In this document: positions 33,886 through 46,815 of the stretch, piece by piece | Numbering within the stretch: position 1 is the stretch's first letter | Layout of the letters: each line of letters starts with the position of its first letter | NCBI RefSeq assembly: GCF_009914755.1 | Contig: NC_060942.1 | Length of the DNA stretch: 64,000 nt | Source of the DNA: the human T2T-CHM13v2.0 reference genome, Homo sapiens | Strand: one strand, 5' to 3' | The notes under the pieces: generated by a model | Told to the model about the DNA's origin: nothing | Databases searched by the model: none | What the model saw: only the letters and a program-made list of their open reading frames with translations | Translations under genes and position numbers: made by a program

Positions 33886-35223
33886 CTTTATTTGCTTTTG
33901 ATGAGAAAATATATCACAAAAGGTAGAGTTACTGAGGTGTTTTCAAATTACTTATTAACATGGCTTTGTCAGGTGAATTTAGTGCACAGGTGGATAATTT
34001 GGTCAAAACTGGACAATAAGAAAATTCAAAACTAAAAGAATAAAAGTACCAGAAATGGATGGTCACAATCAGATGATGTTTGAGAAGATGTTTTACGTGG
34101 ACCTGGAAGAACTGATCACTGGAATCACACACATTGATTAAGAAAGAATTATTTTGGGAAGCTTACCTTGTTTCTCTTTTGTCAGTTGAACCCTCCTTAA
34201 TGTGTTAGCATGATTGGTACTCTGACAGATTATAAGAAGGCAGGGAACCAAGAAGACCGTTATTACCTTTCTTTAGTCTTAAAATTCAAGCCATTCATGC
34301 ATCTTAAATACTAATCCTTTATACAAGCAATTATGTGACTCTCACATTAGATTTTTTATGAGAAGACACTGCCCTGTTCTCCCTGACTCTTTACTGCCAA
34401 TGAACCAGGAGGTTGGACTAAATATGTAAAACTGTAAACTTGAAGAATTATGTCAAAACTGTAAGACAAACCTGCCATCAGGCATTATAGAAACAAATAC
34501 TAAAGTCATGTTCAGTATGATAATACCAGATATTCACAAATACCATCCTTCACAGTAAGTATTTTGATTTATTGCAGTGTATTTGGGCAGAGGCCAAATT
34601 ATTAACATTTAGAGGCTGGACTTTTCAAAATGTGAGGATGGGATAGTGAATGGATATGACAGTAAGCACAGTTTCTCTGTTGGGTGCTGTGGGGTGGAGA
34701 GAAGTTAATGTACACAAGTAGTTGACACAAAATGCTTTGATTTAATAAATTTAACATGCTTTCTTTAGTGAATACTACATTTCAATGCTTGCACTAAGTG
34801 CTGGAAAACTCATAACAGAACTTCTCATATAGTTATTATTTTTATTGTAATTTACATTGTGACAGAAAAGTCAATTCCTATACTTATCCCAATATCTTTG
34901 TGTGTTGAACTTCAATATCCATGTCTTATTAAACTAATAATTAATTTTTGATTAAATAATTTGTTTTGTCTAACATGTTATTTTCATGTGTGAGCGATTT
35001 TAAATACTTCAGTTGCATAAAGGAATAATGCAATGCCATCTGTTAAATATTTTTAAATAAATTTCTGTTTCATCAATGTCCTGGAACCCTTGAGAGCTGA
35101 ACTATTTAATACCAAAGAAAGTATTTCATAAGGCCTGTACTATTCTGCATCCAATGTCTTCTCAAAATGCTTTCAATGTGCTTTGTGATGCTGTCATACT
35201 TTCTTTAAGTTATAGAAGAAAGT

Positions 35224-35740
35224 GACTTTTTTCTTGGTATAAGAAGTAATGTTTCTTGACTGGTGTGGTGTCAAAATTCTAATATATTAGACTGTATTAG
35301 TCTGTTCTCATGCTGCTAATAAAGACATACCCGAGACTGTGTTATTTATAAAGGAAAGAGGTTTAATTGACTCACACTTCAGCATGGCTGGGGAGACCTC
35401 AGCCGTGCTGAACTTACACCTTACAATTGTGGTGGGAGGGGAAGCAATCATGTCCTTCTTCACAACAGGCAACAAGGAGAAGTGCAGAGACAAGGTGGGG
35501 AAAGCCCCTTACAAAACCATCAGATCTCGTGAGAACTCATCCACATCACAAGAACAGCATGAAGGTAACGGCCTCCACGATTCAATTACCTCCCACTGGG
35601 TCCCTCCCATGATGTGCAGGGATTATGGGAACTACAGTTCAAGATGAGGTTTGGGTGAGGACACAGCCAAGACTTTTTTCTTGGTATAAGAAGTAATGTT
35701 TCTTGACTGGTGTGATGTCAAAATTCTAATATATTAGACT
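35224..35740. repeat. 70-bp direct repeat pair (35224-35293 and 35671-35740) flanking THE1
   Basis: gacttttttcttggtataagaagtaatgtttcttgactggtgtg(g/a)tgtcaaaattctaatatattagact occurs twice with one mismatch. Confidence 0.95.
35293..35670 (-). mobile_element. THE1 (THE1C/D-like) MaLR solo LTR missing about 9 terminal bases
   Basis: tgtattagtctgttctcatgctgctaataaagacatacccgagactg...aaaaccatcagatctcgtgaga...gggtgaggacacagccaa; the expected end accatatca is absent. Confidence 0.92.
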
Positions 35741-37434
35741 TTTCCAAGTTAGAATAGCTAAACAAATGTTTTCAGTCATAAGCAAGTGTGTTCCAGGCAA
35801 AAATTTGTATTTATGATGCAACTGGATTTATGTCCCTATGTTAGACTCCATAAGTGAGTCATTCTCATATGAAAGGTTATTATCTGCAAGCAGAATATAG
35901 CTATCCTCAGATTTTCATTGTTTTCCCATTTATGATTAAATATTTGTATTCCATCTTTATCTCCCAGTTTTCATTTTTACTGCTCCATCTGGTGATCAAT
36001 CATGTCTTGTGTTTTTAAATAGCAATTTGTAGAGGGCTTAAAACATGTCCATTTTTTACACTGTCAGTAATAAAAAAAGTATTGCTTACAGTGTCTTCTG
36101 GGGAACACATTCATGTCATGCTCATCTGAGTCACTGAAAGATTTATGAAGAGGAAAAGGTTAAAGGGCAGACATTTTTAATGCTGAGAGTCTGATCAATA
36201 CAATAAGGAATTACATTGCTAGACCTATTTATTTTTTCTTTATTCACAGAAACGGAACAAGGGGAATGCAATCTCACAGGATGGAAATAACCTGTGGTGA
36301 ATTGTTGCCATCCAGATCCACTTTTAAGTCCACATGGTTCATTCATTTTGGACTAGATCCTGGTACAGCCCAGTGAACTGATATTCTTGAAATCAGGCAC
36401 AGAGGCTCTGAAGTAATGCATTACATTTGCATCCATGATTTGCTTAAAATGTTCCATTTAGCCTTTCCTCCCAGGAAACAAAGCCAGCAGTATTTGATTA
36501 TTGAATAGCTCGTTTTGGATGCTTAGTTTGAGAAGATTTTATTAAGATTATGGGAAACTTGAATTTTACAAAATGAATCATGAGTTATATTTCAGTTTTG
36601 ATTTGTCTCCAAGGGTTGAAATACATAGAAGTCTAGGATACATTATATATTAGCTCTATTTTAGCATGCATTTAATGCAATCACAGGCAAAAATCAAATG
36701 CTTTAAAGAAAAAGATTGCAGTTTTAGAAATGAAGGATGTGAAAAAGGACGAATCTATATAAATAAAAGTGAACTTAGAGTAATAACATGCAATATAGTC
36801 TATGTAGATATGCATATTTTAATTGTATATTACTATTTGTCCCATCACAATAATTGGTTTAAACAATGGTGTATTTATATGTGTAAAACAAAGTTTGGTA
36901 TGTGTGTGCACACATATACACACAGAAACACACACACACACTTTTCTAATCAACTAACATTTAAGAAATACCACTGAAGGAAATATTAATGACAGAAAGA
37001 GCTTTTCTGCACACAGAAAAGCACGCACACTCCTATGCAGCATACAAATAGGTAAGAGTACATGTTTTCCCTGAAAGAAGAGCAAGAGACCAACGGAATA
37101 AGCCCCTTTACTGGGTTCCCATATGGCTGAATGGTCTCAATATCTCAATCTTTAGAACATACCTCAGCATCTCCACATCTCCTCCTACCTCTGTCCTGTG
37201 TTGCTGGGACACAGGGGCAGGAAATGGATGCATCCCTTCCCATGCACGCCCAAACAGCTCCTCAACTCAATCTCAGCCCCATGCCTCTTCTATTCTTCTG
37301 TGAGGAAGTGGCTTCTCATGACCTATCCGAGAGCTCAGCACATGTTAAGTTCTCACACAGGCTTAAGCCAACATAATCGTCAACATTAAAAAGTAACAAC
37401 ATAATATTTGGGCGGATGATGTTTTCTGTTCATA

Positions 37435-37712
37435 ATCAACAGTGACTTCTCAGAGTGGCCTTTTCTGACCTCTCTATCTAAATAGTACTTTACGTTTTCT
37501 CTATCCCCTCCCTAAATTACTCTGGTTCATTTTTTGTCAAAGAATTTTTACTGCTGAATAGTGTCATAGACCTATTCATTTATTTATTTTCTCACTCTTC
37601 CCAGTAAAATATAAGATGCGTGGAGAAGAAGTTTGTTTTGTTCCCCTCTGCCATATGGGAAAGAACAGTGGTGGAATTTAGTAGATGCTCAATAAATATT
37701 TGTTGATTTAAT
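37435..37712 (+). mobile_element. L2a 3' end
   Basis: cttctcagagtggccttttctgacc...gtagatgctcaataaatatttgttga. Confidence 0.75.
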
Positions 37713-37732
37713 AAAAAAATTCATTTGTTGGG

Positions 37733-38060
37733 TTTCTTAAGTTGGCTTATCCCAGATGCAGATCCAAAGCCGAGGATGGAGTTGCAAGTGATGCATTAAG
37801 GATGTGTTTCCAGGAGCATCCAGAAAGGAGACAGGGACATGGAGCAGGACAGGAAAGGCGAAGGAAGCAAGAGTTTCATTTTAGGTGGACACAGGTAGTT
37901 CTCATGAGAAGACCTGAGATGTAAATTTCAACTCTAAGTTTTTCACCTGGAAGCAAAGGAACTATACTTCCCACCAAAAAATACCTAATTACTCGGAGCC
38001 CCTGATTGGGAGGGAGGTAGTAAACTTTCCCTCCTAGTTTGTTGTTGCCACACACCTCAC
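37733..38060 (-). mobile_element. ERVL LTR (LTR16-like) fragment
   Basis: gttggcttatcccagatgcagatcc..aggatggagttgcaagtg..ccaggagca..ggacaggaaagg resembles the antisense LTR16 end. Confidence 0.5.
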
Positions 38061-38214
38061 TTAATTTTCTTGAACCACTTCGCTCTTTAGATGGTGACAA
38101 TTAACTAAGTTGAGCAACTAATGTTTCAAAAAGATAGAGGGTCCCCTATTTTCCTATTACATAAAGCATATACTTTAAAGTGGCCTAATTTTTACACAGT
38201 GTCATCCGGTCTGT

Positions 38215-38410
38215 GAAGCACTGTCATATGTAGTACTGATATCCTTTGATTCTCAAAACAACCCTTTAAGCTAGAAGTAAAAATGTTCTTTCTTTCTCTT
38301 GCCACATTTTGAAAAACTGAGATCCAGATAGGTTAAGTTTTAGTAGTTGAGCCAAGATTAAAAAAGGAGCTTGATTGCAGAAATTATTTATGTTCTTACT
38401 GCTATACCAA
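38215..38410 (-). mobile_element. MIR fragment
   Basis: tttgattctcaaaaacaaccct..gaaaaactgagatccagataggttaagt. Confidence 0.6.
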
Positions 38411-39349
38411 GCTGTCACACAAAGAGATTATTCTGCCTTTATTTTCTTAATCACTAAGATTCTAAAAATAAAAAAACTCCAGGCCAAGTAAGTGGGGAAG
38501 AAGAAATCAAACCAGATTAATGAGGGAAATGTTAACGACAGAAAGAGCTTGGAGGCTCTCCAATCACATTGAGCAGGGGCTGCTGATTCCATCTGTGCTG
38601 AAGAATAGTGTGACACTGCGCCACCCCCATGCTACCCGCCCCTCTGTTTAGTCCCTCATACTTACCATGTGAGTTGTCTTTATTCCATTGAATCCTACTC
38701 TAAATTCTGCATTTTAAGATTTTCAAGATTTCACTAATGGAAAAGAATTTGAAAAATAACATTTGAAGAATGGTAGTGGGCTTTAATAGTCAATGAAGAG
38801 TGAAAAGAAGTATTTGTTTGGACAAAAACCGAATCCAGAAAACAGCTGATGACCTACATACTAGCTGGAATGACTTTGCCTTCAGGTTATAAAAGCACTT
38901 TGTATCTATTTATTTGTCTGGCTACTGTGAAAATAAACACTTCTATGCAATCAAAATCTGAACTTCTGAAAAATAAAGTTTTTTAACACCTAAGTATGTT
39001 GGCACTTCACAGGTATAAATACTGATGTTTTTTGGAACTCTTCTTTCGTATTTAAATATGAGAGGTCACAGTAAAATGTTAACCTATTCTTTACAAATAA
39101 ACCAAGTATAAAGACTTTGATATTCAACTCGGCTGTGCATTTAAATGTTTTGTGCTAAATTTCACCAAATATGTTTAAAATAATTTGACTACATTGTTAG
39201 AAAAGGAAGATGGTTTAAGACTATTTCTTTAGCAAAGGATATTATACAGAAGAATACAATATGGTTTGTGAAGTAGTTTTTAAGCCATTTTGTATACCTT
39301 ATTTTATCCTGACGTTCTCTTTTAAAAATTTATATTAAAAATATACAAT

Positions 39350-39540
39350 ATGTCAGAATTGGAGAATTACAGAAATTTAGAGCTCAGGCAGATAACTATG
39401 AATTTTGTTTTAAATAGAGGAAAACGTGGCTCAGGGAGGTTTCTAACATCACGGAGCTCTGAAGTAGCCAGATAGATGCAAGAGCTACATCACAGAGATC
39501 ACTGTTCTGAGCTGAGGCCGTTATATACTTTTTCTCATTT
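39350..39540 (-). mobile_element. MIR fragment
   Basis: ttttaaatagaggaaaacgtggctcagggaggtt. Confidence 0.45.
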
Positions 39541-40319
39541 CTATCATAACATGTGAAACAACTCTGAATTGGATTGGTCCTTAACCTCTGGCTCCACAGA
39601 CCTTTTCAGGAACACTGCTATGGATTTCCTGGATCCAAACTGGATTGTCTCAAGTCTCCTCCTCTTTCTTTTATTTATTGATTGGTAGATTTTGAGTCTG
39701 GCTGCAGCCCTGGACCTTATTTCTGTCAAAGTCTATTTGTTGAGACTTACCGTTAGACCTAGGGGTGGTAGGATGTGGGAACAAGGGTTCAGTACTGAAG
39801 TGGGATGAGATGTCTCTGCAACACTCATTACCTACCCATCACTGCCCTGCAGTATATTAAGGGATTAAAATGGAGATGTACAACAATGTATTATATGCAC
39901 ATGGTGCATAACATTATTCAACTCATATTATTTTTATATTAGCAATTTTTATCTGACTTTGTTACTTTGCATATCAATTCAATATGTGAATATCTGTCTA
40001 AGAAAAGCATAAGAAATGGCATTTCTAGATAGATAAACTGATTATGTAATTTGGCAAAAGAAAGAGTGCACAGGCCCATCATTGCCCCGGTAAATCAAAA
40101 GGCCCAAGCATTCTGAAGCAGATTTTATTTTTAGCATTTTCTCATGTCAATAAGTCTTCTTCAAAAATATCTTCTGTCACAGCTATAACCACCCATCATT
40201 TGAATATGCTCTCAATGAGCCACTCGTATATTTATTGGAAATGTAGGTCATTTAAATTACTAGATTGTTTCTCATAAAAATCTATATATATATATCTTTA
40301 TACAAACAAGACTATTTCA

Positions 40320-40575
40320 TTAAATATAAAAAGGCTGAATTGCTGGGTCAAAAGGTAGGAATGTGCTTAGGGCTCTTGAAACATATTGCCTAACTGCTTT
40401 CCAGAAGTTTGTATTCACTTATATTCCCACTCATATGTGAAATTGGGTCATAATATCCTTGACAAATTTGAAATTTTGAAAAATCTTTGACAAATTGCTT
40501 GGTAGAAAATTACATCTTATTGTTTTAATTTGTATTACTGAGTATATTATTTATTAGTCATTTACATTTCTACAA
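40320..40575 (-). mobile_element. Ancient L1 (L1ME-type) fragment
   Basis: gaattgctgggtcaaaaggt, attgcctaactgctttccagaa, ttatattcccac, atcttattgttttaatttg. Confidence 0.65.
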
Positions 40576-42289
40576 TGATAATATTTTAGTTTTATTAAAA
40601 AATACAATCCCTGTTTTCTTTTTTCATATTGCATAATCACTTTTTCCAGACAGCAATACTATTTCTTGGACTGTTATTAGGCAGATAATCACACACTGAA
40701 GTTATAAACGAAGTAATAGAGTCATAAAAATTGCTAATGTAAAAATAACTGAGTTGAATAATGTTATTATATATCATTTATATATTATACATTGTTGTAC
40801 AATTCACATTGTAGTCCATTAATCAATTGATTATGCACTTCTTTGTGATACTTCTTGAAATGTTACATTGTGATATTTTCTTTCCCTTTTGTTATTTAAC
40901 CTGAATGTGTTTCTATTTAGCTTCTGCAGTGGATTCTAAGCAACTTAGGCTAGGAGCATTGATAAAAGCCTCTATTAACTATTTTAACTTCTAATTGTAT
41001 CAGGTAGCATGTGTTGCAGAATCCTCAAAACACATTTACTGACTGATTAGGTGAAGGGACAGATATAATCTCTCTATGCCTGACGGACGCAATCTTTTTC
41101 ATCATCTAGGGGCCACAAGAACACAGTCGTTAAGCCAGGTTCATCCTGTAGGCATGATCTTTAGCATACAGCTGATTCACAAAGATTTAAGTATCATACA
41201 TTGTCTGAGGTCACAAAGATTTTCCCTGGAAATAAAGCAGAAATACAGCATGAGGAGCAAATGGGCATACGGGCACACACAGGAGCCCATCTTGACTGAT
41301 ATTATCCTGTTTGCTTCCTGGAAGGCGGCACCTCCATCTCTAATCCTGATCTTTCTCTGACCCGAACCCATCAAGCCTACCCAATTTCAGTTCTTATGAT
41401 CACTCTACCTGCTACCTTCATCTGCACTCCTTTACCTTTTCAACTCTGATTTGTCTTCTACATTCTTTTTCTGAGCTAAAAGATCTACTACATTAGTTCT
41501 GCCTAGGAGTGAACCATTTCCAATCTTTTATTTTTACTATCAGGCTTCCTCTTTGCAAATATTTTCTCCCCACTGCTGAAACTACATATGAATTGAGTGT
41601 CTCACCTTATTCTGCCCCAATTTTTTTCAGGATGGTTGAGTTCTGAGTAAAAATGGTCCTGAAATACTACGGCCGCTACAGCTTAGCATATAGCTTCTTT
41701 AGCTGGAACTGCCCACACCCCAAGTCTAACTTCAGCTGGCACCTGACATACTTTATGTAACATTGTGACAACAGAAATAACTTGGCACCCCTCTTAGGAT
41801 GAAAAGGAATCATGTAGGTCAGAGGCTGTCTTTTTATTTGGATTTATTACAATGTGTCGAATTGTGAATCTGCATCTCTCAACCTCCCCAGTGTTCCCTG
41901 AATACTACTTAGGATTCAGCATAAATCAGTTGCTGGCCAGCAGAAGTGCAACTTTAAAAGGAAAGCCCAAAAAGAGCAGAGTTGAGGTGGGGTTGATGTA
42001 TAAAATGAGAATTCCAAATCAACCATGAGTCTCACTGCTTCCAAAAGGAGTGATTAAATTTTTATCTATCCAAAATCTTTTGGGAATAGGCAAACATTGA
42101 AATAGGCCTTTATTTTTTTTCTTTTTTGTTTGTTTTTCTTTGCATTGTGAAGTGCCAGCATTTTCATAAAGTTCTGAAGCCGACATATATTATCTTTCAT
42201 GATTTGACCCTTTCTGACTTCCTGAAGTTTTATCTTTTAATCTTTGCCATATATATTTTGTTCCTAGGTGTTCTCTGAATGTATTATTG

Positions 42290-42935
42290 TTGTCTTCCTG
42301 CTTAACATCTGAATACATATTTCACTTTCTTCTCCTGGGTAATTCCCACAAATCTGTCACGACTCAGGATAGCAATCCTCTTCTTTTTCTTTTTTTTTGA
42401 GATGGAGTCTCACTCTGTCACCTAGGCTGGAGAATGCAGTAGCGCGATCTTGGTTCACTGCAAGCTCCACCTCCAGGTTCACGACATTCTCCTGCCTCAA
42501 CCTCCAGAGTAGCTGGGACTACAGGCGTCCGCCACCACGCCCGGCTAATTTTTTAAAATTTTTTTAGTAGAGACAGGGTTTCACCGTGTTAGCCAGGATG
42601 GTCTCAATCTCCTGACCTCATGATTCGCCCACCTCGGCCTCCCAAAGTGCTGGGATTATGGGCATGAGCTACGGCGCCCGGCCAGCAATCCTCTTCTTTA
42701 TTTAGTGTTTGTTGAGTCTCTAAGTTGGGCTCAGTGTTTCTCTTCTATGCACCCATTGCCCTATGAATACCAGCATCATGGTGCTTATTATGCTACATAA
42801 ATGTATCTATATTTCACATGAATGTTTGCCTCACATGTATTGTCGCAAGGTAAAGAGTTAAATCTTATTCATTATTGAATCCATTATGTTCAGAGTAGTG
42901 CCTGGTATGCAGTAGATGTCTGTTACATAGAATGA
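42290..42935 (+). mobile_element. L2 3' fragment split by AluY
   Basis: ...cagagtagtgcctggtatgcagtagatgtc...gaatga L2 tail; sequence is continuous across the Alu TSD. Confidence 0.55.
42387..42683 (-). mobile_element. AluY
   Basis: gcaagctcc, ttcacg.cattctc, caccgtgttagccaggatggtctc diagnostics; 16-bp TSD agcaatcctcttcttt at 42371-42386 and 42684-42699. Confidence 0.9.
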
Positions 42936-43100
42936 GCCTCATAATAACCCTTTGAAATCAACTTTATTATTATTCATATTTTAGTTATGAAAATTAGGTT
43001 TAAAACAATTGCTGAGATTCGCCTGGAGTTAAATAATGGAGCCAACATTTGAATCCAGAACTCTCTCCAAAGTAGAGATCCAAGACCATATAGACTATAA
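42936..43100 (-). mobile_element. MIR fragment
   Basis: cctcataataaccct..attattcatattttag..aataatggagcc..atttgaatccag. Confidence 0.55.
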
Positions 43101-43199
43101 TGCCTGTAGAACACAGGTTTGCATCTGTCTGGCATACTCTGTGTCTAAATTTATGCATAGTCACAAATAACTGTTTTCTTACAATACCTGCTTGGTTGA

Positions 43200-43527
<328 letters not shown>

Positions 43528-43741
43528 CTGAATCACATTTTACTCCATGCTCAAAGACAAGGAAAAATTATATAAGTTGGTCAGATTTGAGACTACTTTT
43601 AAATTACGTTTTATAGATGGTGGAATCAAGTCTGTATAGGCCAAAAACAGAGCAGTTTCTATGCAAGTTTGAGAAGTGGTGGCCCCTGAAGACTTTGTCC
43701 CATTAAAGGAGAAAATTCAACGACCAAGATTTTGGCTCTAT

Positions 43742-44390
43742 TGTTGCGGGATCCAGGAGGACAAGAGAGGTCTCGGGTTAAAACAGGAGAACCTTTTATT
43801 GAGTGCACTCAGGCCCAGCAGACTCACGTCCAAAGACTGGGCCCAGAACAAAGACAGCACTTGACTTTTATATACACTTCACAAAAGGGGGTCGGCTAGC
43901 TTGACGCAAGCTTACAGTGGTGTGAAAGCAGGGATACAGAGGCAGGACAAAGACAGTTAATCAAATTGTAACAGGTGTATAACGTAGGATTGCACATAAC
44001 CATTGCTATGCAACCCAGATGTCCGTTATCTAGGTTTGCCTAGGCACGGGCTTATCCCATAACCTTCACTATGGTGCCCAGGCAGCTGTAGTTCAGGCCT
44101 ACTCAGGCTTCTCATGACCTTCGTTGTACTTCTTAGATAAAACAATACTTGAAGTCACTAGTTACAGAGAACAGGAATCTATAAACTCATTCCATAAAAT
44201 AAAGGAAAATTTGGTTTTTCTTCTCCGTATGTTGAGGGAATGCTGGGAGAGCCTCCAGAGCACATTAGATAATATTAGCAAGACTTTTCCTGGGTCTGGG
44301 CTGTGCCTGTTGCTGCCTGGGACAAGTTAGCCTAATACAGGAAAACTTATTTCTCTTTTTAATTTTATTTTTCTTTAATTTCCTGCCTCA
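43742..44390 (-). mobile_element. ERV1 solo LTR, probably PABL_A
   Basis: 649 bp with TG...CA termini, 4-bp TSD ctat/ctag, minus-strand AATAAA near 43796; minus-strand start TGAGGCAGGAAATTAAAGAAAAATAAAATT recalled as PABL-type (subfamily from memory). Confidence 0.7.
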
Positions 44391-46485
44391 CTAGGACAAA
44401 TGGAGAGAACAGGTCTCATAAGTATTTGATTGTACAAAACATACCAGCATATCTAACATTTAAAATAAAGTATGCTTTCGCTTAGTGTCTTGAAATTCCA
44501 CTTTAGAGTGTATGGTAAACGCACAGTAGAATGCTTCTTTGTTGTGTTTTAATTATATTGTGTGTATACTTCCCTTGGGGACCTTGCAGGAAAGAATAAC
44601 AGTTTGTGGATAAAAATGGGATGTTCACAAGTTTCCTGGACAAAAAGTCATTACAATATTACACTGTAATAAACCCCACTATTGTTATTATGTAAACAAC
44701 GTAGATCTTCTTGGTGATCCAGAGTGATCAATTTGTCTGTTGTGGAGGAGGGATGTACCTCTGATCAATGAATACCCTGGCTGTGGTGCCTGCATATTTA
44801 CTGAGTCCCTGGGAAGGGGAAAGGAAAGGTTTCCCTGTCTCTTACCAGAGCTCTCCCAAGTCCTGGCCAAAGAGAAGAAAAACAGCAATCATAGGTCTGG
44901 CCACATGGATTCCACAGCTTAACTAAAATACAGCAAGTTTGTCCAAAGTTAGTTTTCATTTAAAAGCAGGCAAGAATTATTTTATTTCTTGTGGATATTC
45001 AGAAAAATTAAACGTTGTTTAATCCACATTCAGATAGCTCCTAATATGGCAAAGTGAAAAATAAAGAATTTTAAGATGAGCTGTTTGTCATTAACCATGC
45101 AGCTTTTCTGAGGCAATGCCCTATTCTTAAATAGTTTTAGTCACTGTGAATCTTGGCTGGCCATTTCAAGCACTGAGTCATTGCCTCTTCTAAACAACCA
45201 TTTATCTAGAAACAACTCAGTTTATTTCAAAATCCACTCTTAGTGGAAAATGACTTCCAAACAGAATTTGATGTATTCTCCTCAAGCACGGAATGAAAAG
45301 AATTCTGAGATCATCTTAGACTATGGCTCTGCACTAACTCATTCAAGACATTCTTACCAAGAGCAGTGAATGGGAATCCATTCAGGAAACTTGCTGGAAT
45401 TCTAGTATAAAAGGAAAAAAAACAGTCAACATTTGTGAAAAAACTACTCATTAACTTCTGCATACTTCAGGCTCAGGTCTCCCAAGAAAAAAAAAAAGAC
45501 GAAAAAGAAAACTGTTCTAATACATGCTTGATCACAAACAGAAAATAGCTTATCCAGCTTTCATTATGTATAATTCTTACAATTCTCCATTTCTTAGGAC
45601 AATAAGTTAAAGAAGCTTCCTGTGTACTCATCTGTTGAGATAAGATTTATGCCATTGAGTTAAGGACATTTCAGCTTTTGTTCAGACAACTACCATGGCA
45701 TAGTTTCAAGTATGCTTTAAAAAAAAAAACCTTTTAATTTAGAAAGATTTTTATAAAGTTACAAACATGTAAGAATGAACATAGTACAAATAGTACCAGG
45801 TTCAACTATTGTTACTATTTCAACTCATTTTCTTGGTCATTTGTGTCCCATATCCATGTGTGTATGTGTATGTGTGTATAAGTGTAGATGTATGTGTGTG
45901 TATTTATATACACAATATTTTTGTGAATTATTAGAGAAGAAATTGCCTTTATTAATTCTCTGCATAACCTAAGTGCAATTCTAAATTCAGTAAATTTATC
46001 AGTGAAATAACACTTTTAACTCATTTAACATCTACATCCCAGTTTTGCCAGTTGATTCAATAGTGCCCTAAATAGCATTTCACCTTCTCCAGTACAGGAT
46101 CCAGTCTAGGAAGAGATATTGTGGTTAGTTGTCATTTATCTTTAGACTCAATTTATACGGAACATTCACATAGTCTTCCTTTGTATTTTTTGACAATATT
46201 TTTGAAAAACATCTTTTAAAAATATTAAAAGTGTTATTTCGTGTTTCTCTGATGAGTCCTCATATTCATCTCAGGTTATGCGTTTCCAGACACAACACCA
46301 TGTAAGTCTGTGTCATTCTTAGCTTTCACATCTGGAGATGTCTACCAGATACTAGATACCCATCTGCTCTTCATTGCTGATTTTAATTTTAATTACCTTG
46401 TCAAAGAGTTGTTGATTTCTTCACTGATAATTAAAACTTTTTCTCTTGCAACCAGTAAGTCTGATATAGATACTTCAAGATAATA

Positions 46486-46815
46486 CAGCCATGGATGGTC
46501 TAATGACATTTCAGTCAATAATGGATTGCATATACTAACAGGGTTCTATATTATAATACCATCCTTTGACTGTACCTTTTCTATGTTTAGATACAGAAAT
46601 ACTTACCATTGTGTTACAAATGCCTACAGTATTCAGACAGTAATATACTGCACAGATTTGTAGCCTAGGATAAGTAGGCTCTACCATACAGGCCAGGTGT
46701 GTAGTAGGCTATACCATCTAAATGTGTGTAAGTACACTCTGTGATATTCATACAACAAAATTGCCCAAGATGCATTTCTCAGAATGTATTCCTGTCATTA
46801 AGTGATGCCTGATGG
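46486..46815 (+). mobile_element. Tigger3a (MER7A) TcMar MITE
   Basis: actgtaccttttctatgtttagatac, gtagcctagg, gtgtgtagtaggctataccatct; TA dinucleotides at both ends. Confidence 0.85.
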
